59,082 nucleotides of DNA from Ginglymostoma cirratum. Taxonomy: Eukaryota. This document shows, piece by piece, positions 38,386 to 51,272 of this stretch (positions within the stretch are counted from its first letter, which is position 1; every line of letters starts with the position of its first letter). The DNA lies in the NCBI GenBank assembly GCA_024137785.1, contig JAHRHZ010000209.1, positions 1-59,082 of the forward strand, written 5' to 3'. A program made the position numbers and the translations under genes. The notes beneath the pieces are model-generated. The model was given only the letters and a program-made list of their open reading frames with translations, was not told the DNA's origin and made no database searches.

Positions 38386-38819
38386 CATACAGCTGCAGCA
38401 AAAGTACAGAGAGAGAGAATTAACATTTGGGAGCAATGTTCAAAAGTCCGATAACAGCAGGGAAGAAGCTGTTCTTCAATCTGTTGGTACGTGTATCCAA
38501 ACTTTTATATCTTCTGTCTGATGGAAGAGGGTGGAAGAGAGTATAACCAGGGTGGGGGGGGGTCTTTAATTATGTTGGTTGCTTTCCTGAGGCAGCAGGA
38601 AGTATAGATGGAGTCAGTGAATGGAAGGCTGGTTTGAGCAATAGATTGGGCTGTGTTCACGACTCTCTGTCGTTTCTTACAGAATTGGGAAGAGCAGTAG
38701 AAACTGGGATCAGTGGCAAATGTAAAAAACTGACCAGAGCAATTGATATACAGAAGGATGCCAACAGGGGAGCATTAGGTTGAAAAGTTTGCAACTTTTG
38801 CAGCCGCATGAAATATTAG

Positions 38820-40460
38820 TGAGGGCCCTGTGCACAATTCTGTTCGCCGTTCTATAGGAAGGGTTTGGAGAAAGGGGCAAAAGAGATTGGCCAGGATGTC
38901 GCCTGGTTCAGAGCCCGTTAGCGATGAGGACAGGTTGGGAAAACTTGGGTCGTTTTCGCTGGAGCTGAAGTGCGGGGTGGAAAATGACCTGACAGAAATC
39001 CAGAAAATTATGAGAGGCATGGATTGGGTGGATAGTCTGAGACTTTTTCCCCCAGGGTGGTTATGTCAAATTCACATTCCAGCGAGGTAAAAGGAGATGT
39101 GAGCAGCAAACTTTCTTACACAGGGGTGAGTAGAACAGGGTGCCGGGGGGTGGGGGGTGATGGGGGTGTGTTGATGGTCGGGACAGATATATTAGTGACG
39201 TCGAAGAGGCATTTATTGAGAGACATGAACAAGCAGGGAATGGAAAAATAGCAACATTATAGAAGGTTATAAAATAATGAGGGGTATGGATAGAGTTAAC
39301 AGTAGGTGCCTTTTCCCTAGGGTGGGGGATTTCAAGACTAGGGGACACACTTTTAAGGTGAGAGGAGAGACAGAGAAAGACAGGAGGGACAAATTTTTTT
39401 TTCCCACACAGAGGGTGGTTTGCGTGTGGAAAGAACTTCCTGAGGAAGTGGTGGATGCGGGGACAGTTGCAAAGTTTGACAGACATTGGGATAAGTACAC
39501 GAGTAGGAAAGGTGCGGGAGGGAAATGGGCCAGGAGCGGGCAGGCGGGCCTGGTTTAATTTGGGGATTAGGGTCGGCACGGACTGGATGGGCCGAAGGGC
39601 CTGTTTCCGTGCCGTATGACTCCAGGTGCAGGCAGACACGGCCAATAATAGATTCTGAATGAGCTACAATTGCATAATGAAGTTACGCTACTCTTCTACA
39701 AATTATTGGTCAGACCACGATTGGAGGAATGTGGAGGAATGGGCACCTTAGAGTCACAGAGCTGTACAGACCCTTCGGCCCAAACCGTCAGTGCTGACCC
39801 AGAAATCCTAAATTAATACGGTCCCATCTGCCAGCGTTTGGCCCCTATCCCTCTTAAACCCTTCCTGTTCATTTGCCTTTTAAATGTTGTCATTGTTCCA
39901 GCCCCCACCACTTCCTCTGGCAGCTTGTTCCACACACGGACCACCCGCTGCGTGAAAAAGTTGCCCCTCAGGTTCCCTTTCCCCCCCTCCCACGTTAAAC
40001 CTATGCCCTTCTAGTTTTGGACTCCCCTATCCCAGGGAAAAGACCTTGTATATTCACCCTATCCATGCCCCTCATGATCTTATAAACCTCTGTAAGGTCA
40101 CCCCCTCCAGCCTCTCCCTATCGCTCAAACCCTCCAACATCCTTTTCTGAGCCCTTTCACAACTTCCTTCCTGTAGCAGGGAGACTGGGATTGAACGCAG
40201 TATTCCCAAAGTGGCCTCACCAATACAGCCGCAACATGACCCTCCCAGCTCCTACACTCAATGCACCGACCAATAAAGGTGACCGTCCCAAACCTCTCCT
40301 TCACCGCCCTGTCTACCTGTGACTCCACTTTCAAGGAACTATGTATCTGCTCCCCTCAAGGTCTCTCTGTTCAGCGACACTCCCCAGGACCTTCCCATGA
40401 AGTGTATAAGTCCTGCCCTGATGTGCCTTTCCCCAAAATGCAGCGTCTCACATTTATCTA
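38820..40460. mobile_element. CR1 fragments, both strands
   Basis: TRGHTFKVRG...TQRVVCVWKELP; LVRPLWEYCVQ. Confidence 0.7.
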
Positions 40461-41669
40461 AGGCAAGTGTACCAAACACTTTCTTCACTTCTCTGTCTTC
40501 AGCCACAGAAGCACAAAGGTCTTACTCATGGGGATATTGCGATGATCTCCTGACCAGCATCATTTCATTTTACCAGCTTTACAATGTTTCAGTTCCAGTA
40601 ATTTCTTGTTCATAACCTCTGCCCAAACTCACTGAGATGATGCTTTGGAAATTCCTCGGAGTTGTCACTGTTGTGAATATTTGATTACATGGCCAAATTG
40701 CTTAATTCCTCCGAACCGTCTAATTCCAGTTCTCAACCCTGAACAAGACAATAACTATCTCATTGTCAACAAATGTGTTTTTAATCAATGGCAAGCTGTA
40801 GACAAGGTTCATTGCTAATTTGTAACCCTGTAACTTAAACTCTGCACCCCTTTTTATCGAAATCCTCACACACAAACACACAAAGAGATGAGCCGTAGAT
40901 GTTGTGGGTCGGGAAGGAAATTGAAGGCAAGGAGCACAGACCTGACACCAGCCTAGATCAATGATGTGATTCCTTGCNNNNNNNNNNNNNNNNNNNNNNN
41001 NNNNNNNNNNNNNNNNNNNNNNNNNNNNNNNNNNNNNNNNNNNNNNNNNNNNNNNNNNNNNNNNNNNNNNNNNNNNNNNNNNNNNNNNNNNNNNNNNNNN
41101 NNNNNNNNNNNNNNNNNNNNNNNNNNNNNNNNNNNNNNNNNNNNNNNNNNNNNNNNNNNNNNNNNNNNNNNNNNNNNNNNNNNNNNNNNNNNNNNNNNNN
41201 NNNNNNNNNNNNNNNNNNNNNNNNNNNNNNNNNNNNNNNNNNNNNNNNNNNNNNNNNNNNNNNNNNNNNNNNNNNNNNGTGTGTGTGTTNNNNNNNNNNN
41301 NNNNNNNNNNNNNNNNNNNNNNNNNNNNNNNNNNNNNNNNNNNNNNNNNNNNNNNNNNNNNNNNNNNNNNNNNNNNNNNNNNNNNNNNNNNNNNNNNNNN
41401 NNNNNNNNNNNNNNNNNNNNNNNNNTACCCCTTCCCCTTTCAAAGTGGGATTGGCAGAGGAGGCAAGTTATAGAGAAAAGGGAGGGTGAGTTGCTGGACA
41501 CAGAAGGGAGACAGAGACAGTGACAGAGAGAGAGAGGAGTAGAGAGACAGAAAGTGAGAGAAGACGGAGAGACAAAAGGAGAGAGACAGACAGACAGAAA
41601 GAGACAGACAGACAGAAAGAGACAGACAGACAGAAGGAGAGAGACAGACAGAAGGAGAGAGACAGACAG

Positions 41670-42365
41670 GGTGGGGTTTTCAAGACTAAGGTGCACATTT
41701 TTAAGGCGAGAGGAGAGAGATTTAAAAAAAGACGTAAACAGCAGACCTTTTACACAAGAATTTGGTTCACGTGTGGAATGAGGAAATGCTGGATGCAGCC
41801 ACACTTACAACATTTAAAAGACATTCGGATAAGTACATGGTTAGGAAAGGTTTGGAGGGATAGGGGCCAGGAGCAGGCAGGTGGGACTAGTTTAGTTTGG
41901 GATTATGGGTCAGCACAGACTGGTTGAGCCGAAGGGCCTGTTTCCATGCTGTATGGCTATATAACTCTAAGATAGGCCAGGTCTATATTCACTGGAACGT
42001 CGGAGGCTGAGGGGGTGATCTTATAGAGGTTTATAAAATCATGAGGGGCATGGATAGGGTGAATAGATGAGGTTTTTTTCCCCCCAGGGTAGGGGAGTCC
42101 AAAACTAGAGGGGCATAGGTTGAAGGTGAGAGGGGGAAAGGGACCTGAGGGGCAACTTTTTCATGCAGAGGGTGGTGCCATGTGAGGAATGAGCTGCCAG
42201 AGGAAGTGGTGGAGGTTGGTACAATTACACATCTAAAAGACATCTGGATGGGGACAGGAGTAGGAAGGGTTTAGAGGGATATGGGCCAAATGCTGGCAAA
42301 TGGGACTGGATTAATTTAGCATATCTGGGTCAGCACGGACCAAAGGGTCTGTTTCCGTGCTGTAA
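41670..42365 (+). mobile_element. Two CR1 3' fragments
   Basis: Typical CR1 3' sequence (gtgatcttatagaggtttataaaatcatgagggg...). Confidence 0.7.
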
Positions 42366-43069
42366 AACATCTAAGATCCTGATGGGGTCAGGGAGAGATG
42401 CAGAGAGAGAGATTGGCGGTCCAGGGGGCCAGGAGCCTGTTGGGGAATTGGATGGTTATGCGAGGTGAGGTGGCGGAGGGGGGGGGGCCCCGGCGGGGGG
42501 TGGGGGTTGGGGTTGATGGCACTGCGTGAGCTAGTACAGACGACGACGGGCAGAACGGCCTCCCTTTCAGCGTCACGGCGATAATCCCTCGGTCCATGCC
42601 CCGCCCGCAGAGGGCCCAGCCTCTCCCTCGTCCTGAGGTCAAAAAATGATGATGTCAGGACTGGTGATTTTCCAGGAGTGGGGCCACTACAGTCTGTCTC
42701 CCCCACGCACGTTTCCCTGCCCCGACCTCCCCACTTCCCCCACATTTCCCATCGCATCCCCCAGCCTCCTCCCTCAGTGAGCGGCATGCAGGAGCAGAGG
42801 GTATTTGGGTGCAGCAGTGGGATATATACAGGGGCAGTGGGGTATATGGGGGCTGTTGGGTAAATAGAGGGGCAGTGGGGTATATGCAGGGTGTGGGTTA
42901 TGTAGAGGTACAATGGAGTAAGTAGGACAGTGGGGTAAATAGACAGGGCAGTGGGGTAAATAGGGGCTGTGGGGTAAGTAGATAAGGCAGGGGGCAGAAG
43001 GGCGGATGGTTGAGTTTGAGGCAGTACCCCAGGAGTTGGCAGAGTATGGGCGGGGGGTGAGATGATTAA

Positions 43070-43475
43070 GGGCAGTGCCCTCGGGGTGGAGGCGGGTACA
43101 TTTTAAGGGCAGCAGCCTGGGGGTTGAGGGAGGTACATTTTAAGGGCAGCACCCTGGGGTTGGTGGGACATTTTAAGGAGAGCACCCTGGGGGTGGGGGG
43201 AATTTTAAGGACAGAACCTTGGGGGTGTGGGGGGGGGAGATGTTAAGGACCGTGCCCTGGGGGTGGGGGGGGAATGTTAAGGACAGTGCCCTGGGGGTGG
43301 GGGGACATTTTAAGGGCAGCACCCTGGGGGTGGGGTGGAATTTTAGGGACAGTGCCCTGGGGATGGGGGGACATTTTAAGGGCAGCATCCTGGGGGTGGG
43401 GGGGACATTTTACGGACAGTGCCCTGGGGGTGGGGGGGACATTTTAAGGGCAGCACCCTGGGGATGGGGGAGGGG
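43070..43475. repeat. ~31-bp G-rich minisatellite
   Basis: cattttaagggcagcaccctgggggtgggggg units. Confidence 0.85.
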
Positions 43476-43698
43476 TGGATATTTGTCCCATACCCTGACC
43501 AGGCCAAATAGCCCCATTCTCCTACTAGCCCCGAAACCATGTGCTCCTCCATCGGACGGCCTGGACCCTGGTCTGTGCGGGCGCAGTGGATATCCCGAAC
43601 ACGTGGGCCGAATGGCCTTCCCCCTAGGCCGGGGGTGGGGGGTTGGGGAATTACCCACTTCGATAACCACGCAGGGATCGATGAAGAGTGAGCTCACC

Positions 43699-46165
43699 TC
43701 ACATCGGGTGCTGGGTCAAACCATCTCCTAGGAAACAGAGAAACGATAACGTCAGTGCAGGGGCAGGGTCTAGGAGCAGCTCCAGAGTGGCTAGCAGGAT
43801 CTGGCCATTCGGCCCCTCTAGATCCTGCTCCCGTGTATAACTGAAGCATGGCCTCCCTCCGCTTGTATTCACTTCCCCTCACAATAAACCGTTCCGGCCT
43901 TCCTGATTACTTGCTGTGCCAGCAAACTAACCTTTATTTGTCGGTCATCATGTACACAATCCTCTTGATGTGCATTACACAAATGCAAGCCTTCCGGGCT
44001 TTTCTATCCAACTCCCTTTGGGATAAATACCCCGACTACTTGCTGTGTGTGCATCCCAACCTCTCATTTGCTCTAATGAATATCCCTGTTCCTCAACACC
44101 CCCCAACACCATCAGTCCCTATTTTATCTGTTCGAACTCACAAACAGCTTGCAGACAAGTGCAATATGAGCCGTCATGCATGCGCTGGGTATATATTTTG
44201 GGTTACGCCGTGCCCAGAGCTTTTACCTGAAGTGGCACTGGTGTTCGAACGCATGCTGGTTTGGCTCCGCTCCGAATGGCCGTGCTGTCGGTTTTTCAGG
44301 AAAAGCACTGTGGGGGAAATCGGGAAATGTCAAGAGCCTACTGCGAACGCAAATTTCTCACCGGCGTCCGCGTGCGTGGCCGCTTCGACGTGATCCGCGT
44401 CGCAAATTACCTGTGGGCTCGAAGATCTCAGCATGGCGACCTGCGCAGGAGATAAAGCAGGGATTAACACTCAGCAGCAAGCGATTCGTGAGTTCGAACT
44501 GATGCAACAGGAACGGGCGGGAGCAACTCGGCAGGGGATCGAAAGGGGGAGGGTTAGGGACAGATTTTTAAATCGGCAATGGGTTTGAAGGAGAAAGGAA
44601 AGTGGACGGAGGCCGAGATGGGGTAGGCCCACCATGGGACTGAATGTAGTGATTTCAAGGGGCCGACTGGCCTGCCCCCGACCTAGTTTCAGGGTTTTAA
44701 GAGGGGGTCAGGGATCGCAACATCCTCTGTGACCCTTCCCTGATGCTGAACACCATCCCTCACCCTCCCATCCCAGGCCGCCTGGGGTTAGAAGTGACTG
44801 TGTCCAGCCGTGACATTTTGGCCAATGGTGATGGGGAGCAGGGACGTCCATTTTAATGTGGACAACACGAGGGCAGGGTGTACGGAGGGGGCAGGAGGGT
44901 CATCAGCGATGATGGGGGGGGTGGCTCTCCCTACACACACACCCCCCCACCACCCCACTTCCCTCCCACCGTTACCTTGAAAATTCAGGCGAATGTAGAT
45001 CCCAGCCAAGGCAAAGGTGACTCCCAGAATTCCAAACAATATTCCCACAATGGCAGCCGGAGACAAGGAGAGCTTTCGGTCATCGACTTGTGAAAGGGGC
45101 AAAGACAGGGACAGGGGGTTAGATACAGAGTAAAGCTCCCCCTACACTGCCCCCGCATCAAACACTCCCAGGGACAGGGACAGCACGGGGTTAGATACAG
45201 AGTTAAGCTCCCCCTACACTGCCCCCGCATCAAACACTCCCAGGGACAGGGACAGCACGGGGTGAGATACAGAGTAAAGCTCCCCCTACACTGCCCCCAC
45301 ATCAAACACTCCCAGGGACAGGGACAAGGGGTTAGATACAGAGTAAAGCTCCCCCTACACTGCCCCCACATCAAACACTCCCAGGGACAGGGACAGCACA
45401 AGGTTAGTTACAGAGTAAAGCTCCCCCTACACTGCCCCCACATCAAACACTCCCAGGGACAGGGACAGCACGGGGTTAGATACAGAGTAAAGCTCCCCCT
45501 ACACTGCCCCCACATCAAACACTCCCAGGGACAGGGACAGCACAAGGTTAGTTACAGAGTAAAGCTCCCCCTACACTGTCCCCGCATCAAACACTCCCAG
45601 GGACAGGGACAGCACGGGGTTAGATACAAAGTAAACCTACGTCTACTCTGTTCCCCCACCCCCCCACTGCCCCCCCCCACGACCCGGGACAGGGACAGCA
45701 CGGGGTTAGATGTTCTCCTAGCAGCGAAATCTTGCCAGCGCCGTCTATCTGACAAACGATGCTGCTGCACCGGGGTCCCTGTCGGACACAGGGGCGGGCG
45801 TCGTGATGTTGGCAGACGTACCCCAGTCGAGGCGGTATCCCTCGGGGTAGGGGTAAGCGGCGTGCTGAACGAGGCAGGTGTAGGTAGTGGCAGAGCCAGG
45901 CTCCAAGTTGACGTACGCTGCTGTCTGGAACGTGCCATCGCTGGTCGGGAGGGTTGGGCTGCGCAACACCACTGAATGCATGCCCTCGCCGTTCCTCAGC
46001 CAAGTCACGTTGACTGCTTCGGGATAGAACCCTGCCACGGTACAGCGCAGCTGGTTCGGGTGGCCGATGATGTGCAGGTCGACCAAGGTAATCCTCACTG
46101 ACGGAGGCACTGAGAGGCGAGACACGAGATACTCACAATCTGACATTCACTCCACCTGTGTCCTA

Positions 46166-46210
<45 letters not shown>

Positions 46211-49200
46211 NNNNNNNNNNNNNNNNNNNNNNNNNNNNNNNNNNNNNNNNNNNNNNNNNNNNNNNNNNNNNNNNNNNNNNNNNNNNNNNNNNNNNNNNNN
46301 NNNNNNNNNNCCCCCCACCCCAAACTTTCCAGCCCTCCCCCCTCCTCCTTGAGCCTGTTACACAGGAACACGAGGCCATTCAGCCCACTCCTCCATCCTG
46401 TTACACAGGAACACGAGGCCATTCAGCCCACTCCTCTGTCCTGTTACACAGGAACAGGAGGCCATTCAGCCCACTCGTCGAGCCTGTCACACGGGAACAG
46501 GAGGCCATTCAGCCCCCTCGTCGAGCCTGTCACACAGGAACAGGAGGCCATTCAGCCCCCTCGTCGAGCCTGTCACACAGGAACAGGAGGCCATTCAGCC
46601 CACTCCTCTGTTCTGTTACACAGGAACAGGAGGCCATTCCGCCCCCTCCTCGAGCCTGTCACACAGGAACAGGAGGCCATTCTGCCCCCTCCTCGAGCCT
46701 GTTACACAGGAACAGGAGGCCATTCAGCCCTCTCCTCCATCCTGTTACACAGGGACAGGAGGCCATACAGCCCTCTCCTCCATCCTGTTACACAGGGACA
46801 GGAGGCCATTCAGCCCTCCTCCTCAAACCCTCTGAGACAGCATTCACTCAGAGTTGCTTTTTAAAAGATGAAGCAATGAGTGGTTTGTTTAAAAAAGAAC
46901 ACCCCGGGCCATTGCAAGTGGCCAACCACGAACCAGGAAACATAAAAATAGAAATGTTTGTTTCATAAGCAATAAAGATTATGGACCAAAAATACGACCA
47001 TGATACAATCCGCAATGCAGCAAATGTGCAGTAACTGAAAAACAGGAACTATTCACTTGTGGTACATTGAACTCTAAATAACGCTAAGCACTGCAAACAG
47101 GGAGCCTTGTTTAACAATCGCAGATGGCATCGAAGTTGGGGGTGGAGGGCAGAGCTAAGGAGGTTAGCTCAGAGTACGACAGGACTTCGATCAGATGGGC
47201 CAAGGAGGGGCAGATGGAGTTTAATTCAGATAAATATGAGGCGCTGCGTTTTGGGAAAGGCCCATCAGAATTAATGGGAAGGTCCTGGAGGAGCGTCGCT
47301 GAACAGAGAGACCTCGGTGGGGGGGGAGCAGGTACATAGTTCCTTGAAAGTGGAGTCGTAGGTAGACAGGGCGGTGAGGGAGGGGTTGGGGACGCTCGCC
47401 TTTATGAGTCGGTGCGTTGAGTGTAGGAGTCGGGAGGGTCATGTATTGGTGAGGCCGCTTTTGGAATACTGCGTCCAATCCCGGTCTCCCTGCTCCAGGA
47501 AGGACGTTGTGAAACTTGAAAGGGCTCATAAAAGATTGACAAGGATGTCGGAGGGTTTGAGCGATAGGGAGAGGCTGGGGCTATTTTCCCTGGAGCGTCA
47601 GAGGCTGAGGGGATGACCTTATAGAGGTTTATAAACCCATGAGGGGCATGGATAGGAGGAATAGACAAGGTCTTTTCCCCCCAGGGTAGGGGGGTCGAAA
47701 ACTAGAGGGGCATAGGTTTAAAGTGAGAGTGGAAAGGGACCTGAGGGGTAACTTTTTCACACAGAGGGTGGTGTGTGTATGGAATGAGCTGCCAGAGGAA
47801 GTGGGTAGAGGCTGGTACAATGACAACATTTAAAAGGCATCTGGATGGGTACATGGATAGGAAGGGTTTAGAGGGATATGGGCCAAATGCTGGCGAATGG
47901 GACTGGATTAATTTGGGATATCTAGGTTGGCACAGATGGGTTGGACCGAAGGGCCTGTTTCTGCGCTGTAGGGCTCTCTGGCTCTAAGAAAGGTGTTCAG
48001 GACATTGCAAGTAATTACAGTGAAGTTTAACTTCAAAACAGAATTACTCTGGAACTGATGTTGTTAGTGCGTAGGGGAAAGGCGTGGCTTGACTTGGAAG
48101 AGCCAGCACAGATTTCTAAACACGGAAAACCATTGAAGTAACTTGCTGAAGTTTTTTTTTGAAAAAGAGGGAGGATCGATGAGGGGAACACAGTCGATGC
48201 TGTGTATATGGACTTCTAGAAGACAGACCATCTCACAACAGGAAAGTTATGGATCAGGGCATAGAAGGGACGGCTGCGATGCGGATGTACAGTCGGCTGA
48301 GGGGGCAGGGAGGCAGAGTTGTGGTCCAGTGGGTATTTTTCGCCCTGGAGCACAGTTCGCAGTGGGCAACTCCAGTCCTGGGATTCTCGCTTTTCCCTGA
48401 GATGTATCGACGACCTGGCTGCAGGCGGGGGTGGGGGGAGTTTCAGAGTTTGCGGAGGACGCTTAAAGCGTGGAAGAGCAGCTCCGACAGTGCCCGCTCC
48501 CTCAGCACTGACCCTCCCACATCGCCCGCTCCCTCGGCGCTGACCCTCCGACAGTGCCCGCTCCCTCGGCGCTGACCCTCCAACAGTGCCCACTCCCTCA
48601 GCGCTGACCCACCGACAGCACCCACTCCCTCAGCGCTGACCCTCTGACAGTGCCCGCTCCCTCAGCGCTGACCCTCCGACAGTGCCCACTCCCTCAGCGC
48701 TGACCCACCGACAGCGCCCGCTCCCTCAGCACTGACCCACCGACAGCACCCACTCCCTCGGCACTGACCAGCAGAAATCTAAAAGGACAGCGACAAGTCA
48801 GTGGATTGAGGGGGGGGACAGATGAGTTTCAACACTGAGAATAGATGTATTTTACTCAGTCAAACATTACAGACAAGGTAAAACAGAAGCTGCAATTGTA
48901 AAGGGGGTTAAGGAGCAGAGAGAGAGAGAGAGAGATGGGTGTACATTTGCACAGATCACTGAAGGTGGCAGGACAGCTGGAGAGGGCAGTTCATAAAGTA
49001 GGCAGTGCCCTTGTGTTTATTAACGGGGTGGGGGAGGGAAACATTGAGTCTGAGAGTGAGGAGGTGACGTTGAGCTGGTTAGACCCCAGCTGCAGTACTG
49101 TGCGCTGTTGGGGGCCCTGCGTTATAGGAGGGATGTGAATGTATTGGAGCGAACGCGCAGAATCGACTGGTTCCGGGGGGGGGGGAGAAACAACAAGGAG

Positions 49201-51272
49201 AAACCGGCCCCGCAGGGGGGTCCGTTCACTCTCAGGGAGAGAGACAGAGAGAGAGAAGGGGGGGTCTGACAGAAACCACGAGCCTGGGAGGTGTTGGGTG
49301 CTGGACAGAGTGCGCCTGTTTGGAGAAGGATCAAGATCGAGAGGGGCGTAGATTTTACAAAGCGATGTGCCGAAGGGCTGAAGGGAGGAAGGTCTTTCTC
49401 CCCCCAGGGAGGGGTTAGGGTCTGGAAGGCAGTGCCTGGGAATGCGGGGGATGGGGAGGTAAGCTTCTATTCGACGGTGGAGTGGCAACAGAGTGAGATT
49501 CAGCGGGCGACAGGAAGCGGATGGATCTGCAAAATCAGTGAGCAAAAGCTTCCTGCTAGCCAACAACCCTGTGTCTGGCTCCTGGGTACAGCTTGTGGGG
49601 GCGTACAATAACGCCAGAAGCCTTTTGGACTTCCAGAGAGGGGAAGCGATATTATCTCTGTCTCTCCCTGCCGTTGAAGTTAAACACCTTGGGGTTACAA
49701 AAGCAATCCCAGGCTCCCTTCATATGTCACTCCTGCCACCCCACATCCCCCCCGCAACCCGTTTGCGCTCCCGGCACTAAATTTGCAAAAAATGTAAAAT
49801 CCCAACCCGAGTGCGGAGGGGGCTGTCCCCTGCATTCGTAGCGAGCCTGAGAAGGAGACCACAGTCGAATAGCAGCAAGCCTTGAGTTGGAAGTCCAAAG
49901 CCACAAGATTCAGGGACAGACAGAGAGAGAGAGAGAAACCCTACCTTTCCGATCCACAACTGGGTCTGCAGACTCCCGCAGCTGATGGAGAAATGTCAGG
50001 ATCATCTGCAAAATTTTGTCAACGTCCTCCAGTAATTTGGGATCCTTGTTCAGGCTGTCCACGTCGTTTTTCACGATTGAAGCCTCCACGGAGAAACGGC
50101 GCGCGCGGGTGTCATAGTGGGTGAGCGTTTGCCTGTTGTACGCCACACTCAAGGTACATCCAGACAGATCCTCTCGAACTACTGCCTCATGGTCGCAGTA
50201 CAGTAGCTGTTGTAATGCATCTGGAGGGTGAGAAAGGGATAGTGCAGAGAGACACGTGCTGAGGGAGAGCAGAGAGCTGGTGGGGAGCTGGGCGGGCATG
50301 CAATGCAGACCTGGCAGATTCATAGACACCACTGGACAGTGACCCTTCAGCCCATCATGGCTGGACTAGTCATCGGGCACCAATCCATTCAGTTCTAAAC
50401 AACAGTCACAAACATGGTACCTCACTCAAAACCTGAGCTCTATGTTTGTCTCTTTCTTTCTCCTTCCCTCTCTCTCTCTCTTTCTCTCCCCCCAGCTACC
50501 TCTCTGCCTTTTTTCTCTCCCTCCCTCTCTGTCTCTTTCTTCCTCCCTCTGTCTCTCTTTCACTGTCTCTCTCTCTGTTTTTTTCCTCTCTCTCTCTCTC
50601 AACCCCACCTCCCTCTCCCCAGCTCGCCCTCTCTTTCTCTCTCTCTCCCTCTCTTTCTGTCTCTATTTCTCTCTCCTCAGCTTCTTTTCTGTCTTTCTCT
50701 CTCTCTTCCTTTTTCTCTTTCTCTCTCTGTCGCCCCCCAGCTCCCTCTCTCTCTTTTTCCGACTCCCTTTTTTTTCTTTCTTTCCCTCTTTTTTCTCTCT
50801 CCACCTCTGTCTCCTCTCTCTGTCTCTTTCTGCCGCTTTCTCTGTATCCATCTCTCCCTTTCCCCATGTCTTTCCCTATTTTCTCTCTCTCTCTCTCTCA
50901 ATTTCAATCCCTCTCTCTGTCTCATTCTCCTTCTCCTTCTCTCTCACACTCTCCGCAGACACAGCCAGACCTGCTGAGTTTCTCCAGCAATTTCTGGTTG
51001 ATTTCTGCGGTTCATTGCCTGAGATGTTTCCTGGGCTGGAATATCTCAGCGACGCATAGCACATTGGATCGTCCCGGACTGTTTTTACAGGGAGACCCTG
51101 GAGGGTGGGGGTAGGGTGTCAGTACTTACAGGGGGTCACACACACACACACACACACAGAGACAGACGGAGTGAACCTTACCCAATGCTGAGATTGCGGT
51201 GAGGAAGCCGCAGATACACAGCACAGTGGGGAGCAGCGTTGCCCTGTCAGTCGGGTTCCAGACACGGACCAT
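43699..51272 (-). CDS. WB: Gene F: W-category-type MHC beta chain, divergent partner of gene G
   Basis: Exons: leader 51272-51182 (gaggccATGG; MVRVWNPTDRATLLPTVLCICGFLTAISAL); beta1 50220-49945 (LLYCDHE...GCTLSVAYNRQTLTHYD...LNKDP); beta2 46109-45822 (LRCTVAGFYPEAVNVTWLRNG...TLPTSDGTFQ...YTCLVQH...LDW); TM 45086-44976 (AIVGILFGILGVTFALAGIYI); cytoplasmic 43727-43699 (GDGLTQHPM*). Confidence 0.86.
45108..45715. repeat. ~70-bp satellite tandem array
   Basis: About eight units of gggacagggacagcacggggttagatacagagtaaagctccccctacactgcccccacatcaaacactccca. Confidence 0.92.
46330..46820. repeat. ~39-bp minisatellite
   Basis: cctgttacacaggaacaggaggccattcagcccactcctcgag units. Confidence 0.88.
47120..47985 (+). 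mobile_element. CR1 3' fragment
   Basis: QMEFNSDKYEALRFG, LVRPLLEYCVQ, LFSLERQRLRG. Confidence 0.75.
48483..48770. repeat. ~32-bp minisatellite
   Basis: ccgacagtgcccgctccctcagcgctgaccct units. Confidence 0.88.

Noticed and set aside
43848-44502. ORFs of 108-181 aa in CpG-rich intronic sequence of gene F
   Set aside because: No recognisable domain or splice structure; probably a repeat remnant.
45108-45715. CRISPR-like regularly repeated arrays (also 9010-9580, 46330-46820, 58390-58960)
   Set aside because: They are tandem units without unique spacers in a eukaryotic intron context, i.e. ordinary satellites and minisatellites.
50414-51114. Long Leu/Ser/Phe-rich or Arg/Glu-rich ORFs (also 10854-11270, 21716-23103, 55568-56318)
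   Set aside because: They are translations of CT/GA microsatellite and low-complexity DNA, or run through N gaps.
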